DNA of 64,000 nucleotides from Tubulanus polymorphus (taxonomy: Eukaryota; Animalia; Nemertea): the NCBI RefSeq assembly GCF_964204645.1, contig NC_134030.1, positions 4,134,778-4,198,777 of the forward strand, in the 5' to 3' direction. The notes beneath the pieces were generated by a model. It did no database searches. It was given only the letters and a program-made list of their open reading frames with translations, and had not been told where the DNA came from. Below, piece after piece: positions 1 to 12,691 of this stretch. The translations under genes were made by a program, and so were the position numbers. Numbering within the stretch: the first letter of the stretch is position 1; each line of letters begins with the position of its first letter.

Positions 1-1546
1 TCTACAGCTTCAGCCCACGGATGACAGGATTGACAGTCGAGTGTCGAGTGCAGTTCGTTGTTTTATAAGGCTATAACAACCTATTATTGGTTTCGATATG
101 GGCATATAACGAATATTTAGTCCATGGTTTCAACAAGGCCATCGTCCGTCCAACCAGTCTGACATTTGAGATGTGTACTTTTACAAGATGTCGACACTTC
201 ATTATCATTGACGGGATTATTCTAATGATGTGGTGATGGTGTAGTGTTTTTGACAGTTTCCGCGCTACCCTAAACCGACAAGAACCTGCCATCAACAGCC
301 CCGTAATTGAACTGCTGATTCGTTTGTCGCTTTAAGAAAGAAGATTGAGAAAGAGATGGCGATGGAAAGACCTGAATTAAATTCAGTCTCACATACTTTA
401 TAGCAATATTTGTAAGATATTCCCCAACATTCGAAGTCTCGACAAGGAAGACCAATTCAGGATTATACGTTGTAATCATCTATCATCTATTAATCATCTA
501 TTAGCTAATTACATAGGCAAATTTGTAGACCAAGGATTTAAAGCCTTGCACACGATCTAATTCTATATCTCCACTTTTTCCATACATGTAAATATTTTGA
601 AATTTGGTAACTTGCATCAGTGTTAATTTTCTTCTATTTCATAGATATCCTATGTACAGAGAAATTTGGTATACACCATTTTTCTTTCGTAAATTTTATT
701 CTGTTTATCAACAATCGTGCAAGATTTCATGATTAATAAATATTGAATTGAATTGAATTATTTGACCGCATTACATAATTCGCTGTGCTCTTTGGGGAGT
801 CTTTCATTAATTGCGATTGAAATGACATTTCGCCATTTTAAATCAAGCGAGTGACTGTGGCGCGCAATAAAGCGAACGGAAGTCCGGAGTTAGGGAGGCG
901 TCATGTGCTTCAGATCACCGCCAAATCTGTCACATAAAATGGTAACTTAAGAATGATATATTTGGGTAAACAACGACAACATCAGAGTAATTTAATAGTT
1001 CCCTCGTTGATGCACGGAATCAATATCATGTTCGCTCGTCATACACGACAAATAGACGAAATAGAATTATGGCAGGATGGCAGCCCATGTTGGAACTTAC
1101 GTCATCGTCTATTTTCCGCAATGACATAATTTTCGTTTCAACTTAATTCCCAATTCTGCGGAAATAATATCGTTACGCCCCGGGAACTCACCCGAGATAC
1201 TGACACAGGCGTAACAATGGCCGAAAAAAAATCCATTTATTCATTGCTGCTACTGATTTTTTAGAGCTCCGTTACGCCTATGTTAACAATATAGCCGATT
1301 GTTATACCAAAATTGTTTACATTAAGAAACAAATATTAGTAAAAAGTTGAACTAAATTAGGTCAGAGTAAATACGTAACCCTTAACTGTAGTACATTCAT
1401 CAGTGCCACAAATTGGTAAAGACATATATCATTGTAAAGTAGATACGACTGTTGTGTTCCCAGGCTTCACCTAGCGGATGCCTGAATTACGAATCATTGA
1501 TCATCTAAATCTTCTAACTTTTGAAAATATAAGTAATCGTTGCAAT

Positions 1547-1645
1547 CCAGAGCTCAGTTCCACATTGTGAGTTAGAGTAATCAATTCATTTTCAATGAGT
1601 TAACTCTAAGTCAAATCTTTGCTCAGAACTGTGGAACTGGATCCA
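1547..1645. mobile_element. MITE family A copy (~100 bp, TIR core CCAGTTCCACAGTT...AACTGTGGAACTGG)
   Basis: Inverted ends cagttccaca...tgtggaactgg; internal similarity (cattttc...gtcaaatctt) to copies at 8589, 14828 and 31203. Confidence 0.6.
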
Positions 1646-4600
1646 TACCAGCGGAATCGTTGTCTGATAGACGAAGCAGTTAAGGTGTACTGAAAGTGCT
1701 ACGATATCGAGTTTCGCTCCTAATAATGATAACGATCGTCCAGTGTATTTGTCGATCGTCTAAAACATGTCAACAACATGTATTCTGTTTGAGGCATGTG
1801 CCCTTAGTTTGTTAAGCAATTAATTCCGACCAAACTGATACAAACTACTCATCAATTGCCCCCGTCTACCTGAACATATTAAATGCTGTGATATATTGCT
1901 AGGTAGACGAAATGTACGGTTGTCTCCTGTGTTCCTAGAAGTCCATACCCGTTACAATAATAACGTTTTACATTCGAATTCTCAATCTGCCTTCTGTTCA
2001 TTATAATAACAATACCGTCGAGAATTAATAATTAATAATGATGTTTTATGCTCATTTTATGTGACTGCGCACAACGAGAAATAGAGATGATTGCATCGGT
2101 TTAATTGCTTATGCGGCCATTGAACTAGATAGAACGAACAATGTTATGTTATATAAACGGCGGAATAAACAAAAGGCCCCAGATCGGTAGTCATTCAATT
2201 GTACCTACTTTGAAGTTATAATAATCGTGGGAGTGACGAGGTTTAGATATATATGTACGTACGCCTTCTGCCGATGGGATTTCTTTTAATTCGGACAATT
2301 GCGTAGAATCATTGATCGAGTGTATGATGTTCGGATTGCAGCCAAACTTGATTTTAAATTAACTCTTTGAAAAAGAAGCAAACAGACCACTGACGGGGAA
2401 AGAGAATCTGATCTCCTACACATTCGATTCACTTTCCACGACCCTTTTCCCGGAAAATTCATACGTAGTTGTTACGATAGATTGGGATTAATTCATTGAA
2501 ACATTTGGCAGATGTGGATTTAGCCACGACCTTGACATTTTGATACTGATGTTTCTAAAAATATCTGGTAGTTTATTTATACAAATACTATATCGATTCA
2601 ATTAATGACAAAATTATGTTGTAGATTTGACATTTACGAATATATATTCATTCGTCGAAAAACGATGACAGAAAGAAACAACCAAGTAAAGATCTATCTT
2701 CTTAAGATAGATTTTCATGTTTTATTGACTAACAAGATATTTCAGCTGGTAATCCGCCGAGGGGTGCGAAACGGTGACCTTTGCAACGTTTCTGCCCAAT
2801 CGTATATAGGGTTGCATTAAGACATTCACGTGCAAAAAAGTGACATACATAATGCATACCAGGTAATTAACGTTATTTTGTTATCAATTTTGACGAGTGA
2901 AACGAGAGTCAACCAGATATACATACGTAATACTATGCAATATGTATATGTGTCAAGTACTTTTTGAAAGCGGGGAAGTTATGTCTCAAATGACTGCCAT
3001 AAATAACATCGTTGACAACCATGGAACTCAAAAACGAAGAGTCGGTGGCGGACTCATTTTTATGTCCTTGATCTAACTAACTAAAGCCATTATTAGACCA
3101 GAAAAGTTGCTGCAGGACCATGGACGTAAGCAGAGTGTTTAAAAACTCTAGTTTAATCATCCATGGTCAGACCATGGATTCAGTCCATGTCCAGACCGAT
3201 ATTGTCCGAAATTGCAAAATGTCCAGTAATTTCATAATGTATAATAAGTACTGTAGATGTACGTTTGATACAGACCAATGCTGCATGATTATACGCTAAA
3301 CCGTGAATAGCACACGAACCTAACATGGGATAAACAAAGGGTAGAAACAATATCGGCATATACCTTATAGAGTTTGTAGACAACAACGAGTCGATATCAA
3401 AGGCCATTGGCAGCAGTACTGAACTGAATACGTGATATATTCTATATTCCTCCAGAAGATATACCCACACCTGTACTTACAGACTTCTACCTTGTTTTTG
3501 AACGGCACATATACTAGAAAGCAATGTTACTGCAAACAAGATTTTCGTATACGGTGGCGTTAACGAACGTTGGATACATAAATCAACAGCGCTTACAGGA
3601 GTAGGAAAAAACGATAGTTAGAACTCTACGACTAAAATATATATATATTCGAAGAGGGGCAAAGTTTAATCGTGTGTAATTTTGGAACTTTTTCGCGAAT
3701 CCCATTTTTGACTTAGGAATTTGCATTGGACATCGATATTTAATGAGTTAATGCCACGACGCTCTGGTAGTTCTTTTTAAAACCGGTTTCTTGAAAAATA
3801 GAAAATTGCACATTCATTATTATTATTATTAAGGACCCAGATTGATCATAACTCGATTCACCGATTGCAAAAAAGTTCAAAAATACATTGGTGCAATAAT
3901 AATAGGCTACAAGCGTCAGTAATTGCGCATTACAAACCATCAAAACGTGAACAAAGAGCTCTGTTCGCTACTGACTGTGAATGTGAGAAAATATACCAGG
4001 ACAGCAAGTGAAGCCACACGTACCTGTGAGAGACGGATACTTCGGACGATAATTCTGAATAAACTAAAAGACAAATGCTCTCTCCTCGATAAGTGACTAC
4101 AGTACTATGTACGTCATTATTCTATATATTTATATATACATGAATACTATAGCGACGTCGACGCGTTCTGTATTGACGATGACACAATGCGACAGCAGCG
4201 GCAGCGTTACAGCAACGGTTATTACACACAACGACGCAGTACTGGTTTAATTGTCCTGTCGAAACTCGGGTGATATCGATTATGCTGAAAACCAGTTCAA
4301 TATTGCTACCGAATAAATCGTATAGATGGCGAACGAGTCGAACGTTGTTCGCTACTCGATGGTCGTCTCGATCGTCGTAGATATCTAGTGACAATGCACG
4401 GACGCCCAGATCTTGGTTTTTTCCGCTAAGAATTAAAAGCTACTTTTGCTCGTACGCACATGGTCGTGTAACAAAGTGATAAAGCAAAAACAACGAAACG
4501 ACGTTTCGCAAGTAAAACATCACTTGTTCACTTCGACAATCAAGATTTTCTGCGATGCAGCGAAATCAAGCTGTCATTATTGAGCTGGACCATCACTGTT

Positions 4601-5145
4601 TGACTTGCGAAACATATAGGCCTACATTTGGTTGCTTTTGTTTCGTGTTACGTCGCTGTTTCCTGATGCAGTGCGTTATTTTTTCCAATGTTTCGATATT
4701 TTTCCGTATCAAGCAATACGATATGATTCGAGAAATAGATAAAATCTTCAATGGTATTTTTATTCATCTCAAAAATGTAAGGTTCCTTTCGGAAGATCGC
4801 TCATCAACGAGTCTCAGTCACAACGTATTTCAAATGTAATCGGACTGATACGTGCTACTGGTATATGCAGCTCCCAGTGATGTAGTGCAGACTCCAGTAT
4901 AACTGCATCTTCCACTGAAATAATCATATTCAACACATTATATATTTACCTTCATATAGTAAATTGAATCCGATGCTGTTCTGTTCCATGGCTTCGATAC
5001 ATTTCAGCGAAACGAGCCGTTACAATCATCGGGGCCTGGTTCTCCTTTTTCCTGGATACGGCTGCTGAAGATGATGATGATGATGTTCGCGACTATACGG
5101 GTCTGGCGCAGCTTCCAATACCGCTCCGTATCGTCGGCGTAAAAC

Positions 5146-5159
5146 GTTACTATGGCAAC
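5146..5159. promoter_or_regulatory. RFX X-box motif (GTTACTATGGCAAC)
   Basis: 14-bp near-palindrome matching the RFX X-box consensus GTTNCCATGGNAAC in a CpG-rich stretch; target gene not established. Confidence 0.5.
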
Positions 5160-6063
5160 GAGTGAATCGATGTAACTTTTTTCCAGAAAATTGTACTTTT
5201 TTTCCTATTCGAAAAAAACCTGACGCGCTTTGATCTTACTCTTTCAATTTTAGATTTCTATCGCAATAAGGCTTAAATTAAACGTAGTAAGAGAAAGCGA
5301 ATTAATTTCCTAAATAAGTATATAAAATCTAGATCAATATGATGTTTTCGGGCCCGGCATTGCAGGATATTAACATTTCAATCTTATTTAAAGGTGTCAT
5401 CTTATTGACTTGAACCCAGTCCACTGCAATCGCATCATATTTGTTAATTGAAATTATTCGTGCTTAAACTTTGTTTTTCAAAAGTTGTGAACAATTGATT
5501 TATTTGAAAGTTTCTCTATAAGAGCAGCGAGTTGGATTAGTGGTTCTCAAGACTCTCACAAACTGTGAGTATAACACTAGATTTTGCATCATGACTTTTG
5601 TAGAAATAGGATTATTTTGGATCCATGTATCTATAGATGTATCACAAGTATCTATGCTGTCAGTTACATCTACGAGCAATTATCTAACTAATTAGATAAT
5701 TGCTCGTTGGTTAAATTCACTCGTACTGGGAACAGTACAGAATGTTTAATTCACGGGCAACAACAGGATGTTGTTATTTCTGATCATTCGTTGTTCGAAT
5801 TTTGATGCCCCAATGTTTTCGCTTATCTATCTAACTATTCAGATCTATGACTTCTTAATGAATCATAAACTGTCCATCTGCTGGTACCCATATCTATTAG
5901 ATAAATTACATATATATGTACATACGTAGATATACCGCAAACTGCCCATCGGCAAGTCACCAGAGGTACGATTAGATTGAGACCACTTTGTTGTGAAAGT
6001 TGATTTCGAAAGCATTTTTGGAAAACTCTTAGAATTACTTTTTCCCCCTTTTTGTTTTAGATC

Positions 6064-7506
6064 ATGATGACCTTGAATCTAATTCTTATCGTGTTGGCTG
6101 CAGTAGCGACACTTTGCAGAGGTTATTGGAATAATGACTGGGATCAGCCTTTAGACTTTCAATGCTCAAGTGGTCAGTACATCAACTTCATAAGAAGCAT
6201 ACACCACAACGGACACGAGGATCGACGCTTTAGGCTTGAATGTCAAAGAGGATTCGTCGGAACCGACTGCAGCTGGACGGGTTTCTTGAATGGCTGGGAC
6301 GAGGTTATACGTTTTACGTGTCCGCGCAACGGAATAGTAACTGGTTTATACAGCTATCATAACAACGGTCCCGAAGACAGAAGGTGGAGAGTGCGATGCT
6401 GCCAGGTTCGATTCGCTATAACATATCATTTTTATTGATAAGTCTTTTTTTATCAAACATAGTAACATTGGATATTGTTTCTAGTTCTTGTCATAGCATA
6501 CATTGTGCAATAATAGACACGTATACATGATATCTTTATAGTTGATTACCCAGCCAGGGCGTGACTGTCGTTGGACGGAATGGCTCGCAGATTGGGACCA
6601 GGAGATTAATTATCGTCTTAGTCATGGGACAGCTATAACCGGTTTATACAGTAACCACCATAATGGAAACGAGTAAGTAATCGCCAAACGTAAAATATCT
6701 TTGAAATTTGTTAAGAATATATTCTCGCCCGCAATCGTTCTCAGTCAAGGTCGGGAAAATTGAAATATTTCATTCTTATCAACAGGGACCGTCGTTACAA
6801 GTTGCGAATATGTGATTTTGCCAACTGCAAAGCTGTTCATATGAATATCCTGAGTGAGTTGCGTTCTCATCAGGTAGGTTCACGTGTTGTTGGTATCGCT
6901 ACGAATCAAGGTTGTTCACCAGATCACGAGTTTATGTTAAGTCTCGGCAGCACAGATTCATTAACGGAAACCGCTTCAATCACTTCAACCGAATCCAAAT
7001 CTTTCGTCTACGAGACGACAATTTCTGTCACAGCCGAAGCGTCAGCCAAGTTTCTGGGTAGCGGAGGTTCGGTGTCGTTTGGTGTCGCTCAGACGCTTGG
7101 CGGCTCGACGACGTGGGAATCGACGTACACGAAGGAAACGTCGACCGGTTCGGAAAGTTCCGCATCAACAGAAGTGACATTCACCGGTCCCGGGGCGGCT
7201 TTGATTATGGGGGACGTCAAAGAATATAAATTCCAATCTGACCAGGTCGATGTAGAAATTGACGTGTCGTGTGACGACGGAAGACGTTATAAGCAGAAAG
7301 ACGTCGTCAATTTGAAAATGAAAACGTATGGTGTTACGCACTTTTCATCTTACACCGGCAAATTCAAACCCGATCAATGTTCGAGGAAAACTAATGAATG
7401 CATCAGGAATCTCGAGGGAGATAAAGCACTCACTCCGTATTATTTAGTCGACCAATTTAAGCAATGTTTTGATGACATCGGGAATGTTCAGGGGAAAAAT
7501 AAATAA
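6064..7506 (+). CDS. Secreted dermatopontin/HAAF-domain + aerolysin/ETX-MTX2-like pore-forming protein, paralogue 1 (397 aa)
   Basis: Exons 6064-6405, 6542-6672, 6786-7506 (GT-AG, phases 0 and 2, frame continuous). Signal peptide MMTLNLILIVLAAVATLCRG; three dermatopontin repeats (NDWD...SxHxNxxEDRR[FWY]...C); C-terminal Ser/Thr-rich strands with amphipathic hairpin TISVTAEASAKFLGSGGSVSFGV. Possible non-coding first exon near 5540-5564 (TATA-like 5517, donor gtgagt 5565, acceptor 6060). Dermatopontin call is firm; pore-forming call is pattern-based. Confidence 0.85.
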
Positions 7507-8588
7507 TTATGTATTTCAATGTGTTTATATGCGATAATGCAGGGGATGATAGAAAATCTATACATATATATATATATATATTTCAATTTAAACCTGTTCT
7601 TATAATAAGTTCCAATTACACTTTTATTATATCAATATACTTTTTAGAGCTTTCTTAATTGCGTTGAATTATCAAGTTGAAATAAAGTTCTTAACACTCG
7701 AAGCTTATGAGTTCTGGTTTTTCGTTGCGATCACCTTGATGTAAACAGAACTGACTGTTATTTCCTCAAAGATATTATTATTCATGTCTTTGATTTTGAG
7801 ACATTAATTTGTCCCTCAATTACAAGGCTACAATTTGTTGAGGATTGCCCGCCGCGCAAATACTGACAAGGTGTGTAAATGATGCGAAAACTCTTTTTCC
7901 TATCGGTAATCCCAAAGAGGATAAAAGACTTGGCGAATATTTCTGATAAATATTACGGTATTGTTGGCTCCAGGCATTGAACGGGCACTGCGGAGGAACA
8001 CGGCCCATACGTAGCGACCATAGTGCTGAAAAGCGTTCTTTACGAAATCTCTGAATTATCAAAACGCCATTCTTAGCCGAACTCCAGTATATCAAAACAG
8101 GTTCTACAATATTGCGGAAAGCACAAGAAACTGCAAGTCAAATCGAATTTTGATTTGCTTATAAGTGCGCTACTTCGTGTTTCTGGTGATAACGACATAT
8201 CATCTGAAATGAATGTATACCATTGATGATGGATGAAGTCTTACATCGAATGTCGTTTAATCAGTAATGATTTCATCATGAATCCCCACCTTCGATAGTT
8301 GTATATGCAAGTGGTATGTACGTAGTGGTGAGAATTCTGACGGTCGTTTACGATTATTGCCAATAAATGTTGTTTAATTGTTTGTATACCGCGATAATCA
8401 TCGATTCGTCCAATGGAAGTGCTACTAGTAGTAATCACCTCCCGTACAATCAAGGTTGGGGATGGATGTTAACGATCTTGTTTAAACACTTTTGTGCGTG
8501 TTGAAACGATGATGATATCACCCGGATCTAGAAATTCAAAATTTTAGACAAAGGCTCTTCTGATCTAGATTGTAAAATTAGAGAGCCC

Positions 8589-8702
8589 CTGGACCCAGTT
8601 CCACAGTTGTAAGTTGAACTTAACTCTGAGTTGAAATTATTCATTTTCGATGTTTTAACTAGACAGTCAAATCTTAACTCGGAACTGTGGAACTGTACCC
8701 TG
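8589..8702. mobile_element. MITE family A copy
   Basis: ctggacccagttccacagtt...aactgtggaactgtaccctg inverted termini; alignable to the other copies. Confidence 0.7.
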
Positions 8703-8886
8703 TTTATTAAAGTGCAACAACCCTCGTTAAATCATCAACTTATTCCAAAACGGCTCATCCTTTATTTCAAATGTATTTAAAATACACACTTGGCTTGAAG
8801 TTGGCTTATAGAATTTAGCGCTTGTAATTGTAATAACTTCCGTCATATATAGGTTATAGTTTCACTCTTTTAATTCTCTTGTATTT

Positions 8887-8923
8887 CACCTGTTGAGGGG
8901 ATCTGATCCCGAAAACGTTTGTG
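8887..8923 (+). ncRNA. Degenerate minimal type-I hammerhead motif in a Penelope-like 3' fragment
   Basis: cac-CTGTTGA-ggggatctgatccc-GAAA-acgt-TT-gtg followed by aataaa; core A6 changed to U, so probably inactive. Confidence 0.4.
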
Positions 8924-9298
8924 TCAATAAACTGTTATTTCTCATTAGAAAATGAGGTTTTTATTGTTATCACTTCTATGGATATTTAAATCCACGTGAA
9001 ATCCCGGGAATTTGTCTTCTGTTCTGTTGAAACTTGTATACAACAGGAAGTTGTAATGTATATCTGAACATTCATCGTCAAATAAAAACCAGTGATTTTA
9101 TTTATTCTACTCATCCGATGAAATGTGTAATGATAACTTATTTCCTGTTATATGTAATCCGTCTGTATAAATTACCCATCTGTCATTACTCAATTGGATT
9201 ATTTGAGGTCAACCAGTGGATCAGCTGTTGATAAGACTGAGTAGATTTGTTTTAAGATCGTGGTTTTGGAACGAATCGAAGAACTGTATCTAATTCAG

Positions 9299-10738
9299 AT
9301 GATGCACTTGAAATTGGTTGTCTTCGTGTTGGTGGCTTCAGCAGCGGCAGTTTGCAACGCCTTCGATGATTGGAATAACGACTGGGATGGACCGTTAAAC
9401 TTTAAATGTCCTACCGGTCAGTACATCAATTTCATAAAAAGCGTACACGACGACAAATATGAGGATCGACGCTTTAAAATCGAATGCAAACAAGGATTCG
9501 TCGGGAACGACTGTAAGTGGACGAAATTTCTAAATGACTGGGATCAGCCGGTGCATTTTAAGTGTCCGGACGACGGTATAGTCACTGGTTTATACAGCTA
9601 TCACGACAACCACTTCGAGGATAGATCGTGGAGAGTTCGGTGTTGCAAGGTACGTTTATGAAATAATTGCTATATTCTAAATCTTAAATTGAATAACAAA
9701 TATTGAAATGAAAATTTTTTGTGCATTTCCAGTTGACCACCCAGCCCGGGCGTGACTGTAAATGGACGGATTGGCTCGCGGATTGGGATCAGGAGTTTGA
9801 ATTTCGTGCAAGCGATAGAACGGCTATAGTCGGCTTATCAAGTATCCATAATAACAAGACGGAGTAAGTAACGGTTATTATTCAAATAAACGAAAGGATA
9901 TGAGTATATTTGAATGTTTGAAAACAATTTCCAGTATAATCTCCTTTTCTTAGCAGTATTAAATCCATCGTTAGATACTGCAATTAAATCATAAAGCGTG
10001 AATGATTTTTTTCACTATAGGGATCGCCGTTATCAGTTACGAACATGCGACTACCCCATTTGCAAAGCTGTTCATATGAAAATCCTGAGCGAGTTGCGTT
10101 CTCATCAGACAGGGTCACGTGTTGTTGGTATCGCCACGAATCAAGGTTGTTCACCTGATCACGAGTTTATGTTGACTCTCGGCAGCACAGATTCATTAAC
10201 GGAAACCGCTGCAATTACTTCAGCTACATCAAAGTCTTTCGGTTACGAGACGACAATTTCTGTCTCGGCCGCAGCGTCAGCCTCATTTCTGGGTAGCGGA
10301 GGTTCGGTGTCGTTTGGTGTCGCTCAATCGCTCGGCGGCTCGACTACGTGGGAATCGTCGTACACGAAGGACACTTCGACCGGTTCAGAAAGTTCAACAT
10401 CAACAAAAGTAACATTCACCGGTCCCGGGGCGGCTTTGATTATGGGGGACGTCAAAGAATATAAATTCCAATCTGACCAGGTCGATGTAGAAATTGACGT
10501 GTCGTGTGACGACGGAAGTCGTTTTAAGCAAAAAGACGTCGTCGATTTGAAAATGAAAACGTACGGTGTTACGCACTTTTCATCTTACACTGGAACCTAT
10601 AAGCCGGATGAATGTTCAAGGAGAACTAATGAATGCATCAGGAATCTCGAGGGAGATAAAGTAAACACTCCGTATTATATTGTCGACCAATTTAAGCAAT
10701 GTTTCGATAAAATCGGGAGTGTCCAGAGAGTAAAATAA
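9299..10738 (+). CDS. Secreted dermatopontin/HAAF + aerolysin-like pore-forming protein, paralogue 2 (399 aa)
   Basis: Exons 9299-9649, 9733-9863, 10021-10738; same intron positions and phases as paralogue 1; signal peptide MMHLKLVVFVLVASAAAVCNA. Confidence 0.85.
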
Positions 10739-12691
10739 AACATTTATACAAATGAACACATATTTTGATTTAGATATGCTTAACAATAAAGTTCTAGAAA
10801 TAAATTTCAATTATAGTTTATGTAATTATAAATCTTGGCTGAGTTTTTAAAGTACTTTTGTGAACATCAAAGCTAATGACGTGCTGGTTTTTCGCATCCT
10901 CGCTTGCCGGGGTTTGATTGTCAGCCAACAAAACTCCCGCCAACACAAACCCTGCCCAAAATCCTTCTTTGGTTTATTACATTGGCCGAGATTTCTTGGG
11001 CGGAGAGATTGCCGCTAAGCAATCTCCCGGCGGTTTTAGTTTGGATATTTGTAAAATATGCGACCACAATATCATTCTCCACGCTAATGAGGTATATTTT
11101 TGGGCAAGTTCGTAGACAACGAAGCTGCTCCGGAGTCATAGAATACATTCAGGCAGCAAATGACAATAAGCATGGTAGAGACGAACCAATACAGACGAAT
11201 GACATGCAACATGGTACATTTATTACAAATTTCAAGACATGGATATCAAATGATTTCAACATGCAATATGGACGCAAACACGGAGTCATATACGTAGGCC
11301 TATATTCATTGAATTGATCTATTGATAATATTTCGTAATTTTCATGAGCGTTCACAAAACTTTCAAGAACATGTGTATAGCCGATATATGAGGCTATACC
11401 AGATTTCAGCTGCCCGTTTAGTCAGGTATCTACAGAAATAAGCCTCTTTCTTGTAGGTTATTCGGAATAGAGCTTGATTTAGGAAACTTATGTCATACAG
11501 GTTGTCCACGAAAAATGCCCTTCCATAGGGCCATATTGTCTTACTACTTAATAGTTTGCTAGCCAACTTAACAAAAGGATTTCATTGCGTGAGATGTTTA
11601 CCAGCAATCTTGAGGATTTTAAGCAAATTAAACGAAGGCATGACGTTTCAGCATCCATTGACCAACTTAGCAATTTTCCATATCATTTGAATGGTCAAAG
11701 TGACCTCCCAATGACAGTAGTTAGACTACTAATGACCATTCTTGTTTGTTGTAATGAGTTCCACAGTGATGAGGCATCACATCAGCCAAAGAAAAAAATA
11801 TGATTGGTGCGCAGTTTACACCTCGCGAACAGGTGTGTATTGTTCTAGCTTGCGTGGTAACAAGTCTCCGACATCCACGACCACCAAAAATACTGCTACG
11901 AAACTCAATAAAATGACATTTATATCAGATCCAAAAGTGCGAAATAAGCTGTTGCCGGGGTTGATAAGATCTTAATAAGCGAAACAAGATAGAAATTATT
12001 ATAATCATAGTAAATCCATTCTAATGACCGGACAATGTTCCGGGGCTACGTGAAAATCAGATAAGGTTATCAGAACATTATTCAATTCATCATTTTGTCT
12101 CAATGTTAACAACGCAATGAATTCATCTCATTTTGTCTTGAACCATTTAGGAAAATATGAAAACTATCTTTTCATTCTCAATCACTATACGTGAAGTGTT
12201 TTATTCTAAATGATTATAATTGGCAAATGGTACTTTTTACGTTTCTCGGGCAAAAGCCTCCCATTCGTTCAAGCTCCAATAATTTGAGCGAAAAATTGTA
12301 TTGGATCTGGCAACAGACAAAACCTCAGGCCTGTGTGAAAATGAGTCAAATGCCAATCAATATCTCTGAATGAGAAGGACACGAGAAGGACAACCTGTAT
12401 ATATGCATATGTACTTTCCTCACAAATCCCCGCCCACTTTCGACAACTTATCGTCCTTCAAACTTGTAAACAACAGGAAATTGTGAAATGTATATCCTGA
12501 ACATTCATTGTCAGATCATAACCAGTGATTTGATTAATTTTACTCATCCGTTAAAATGTGTAATGATAACATATTTCATCTATTGGTGATTAGATCGGTC
12601 AGCTGGTGATTAGGTCGAGTAGATAGAGTAGATTGGTTTTAGGATCGCGGTCATTGAGACACGTATGGAAGAACTTAATCTTATTCAAACG

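Noticed and set aside
4495-4545. Minus-strand stem followed by GAAACGTCGTT, resembling a hammerhead
   Set aside because: The CUGANGA core is absent.
7820-8200. Minus-strand ORF with FRNIVEPVLIYW, faintly like a non-LTR reverse transcriptase C-terminal region
   Set aside because: Similarity is too weak and there are no catalytic motifs.
10904-11317. 137-aa ORF
   Set aside because: Starts at TTG, has no domain or splice support, and lies in a probable insertion.
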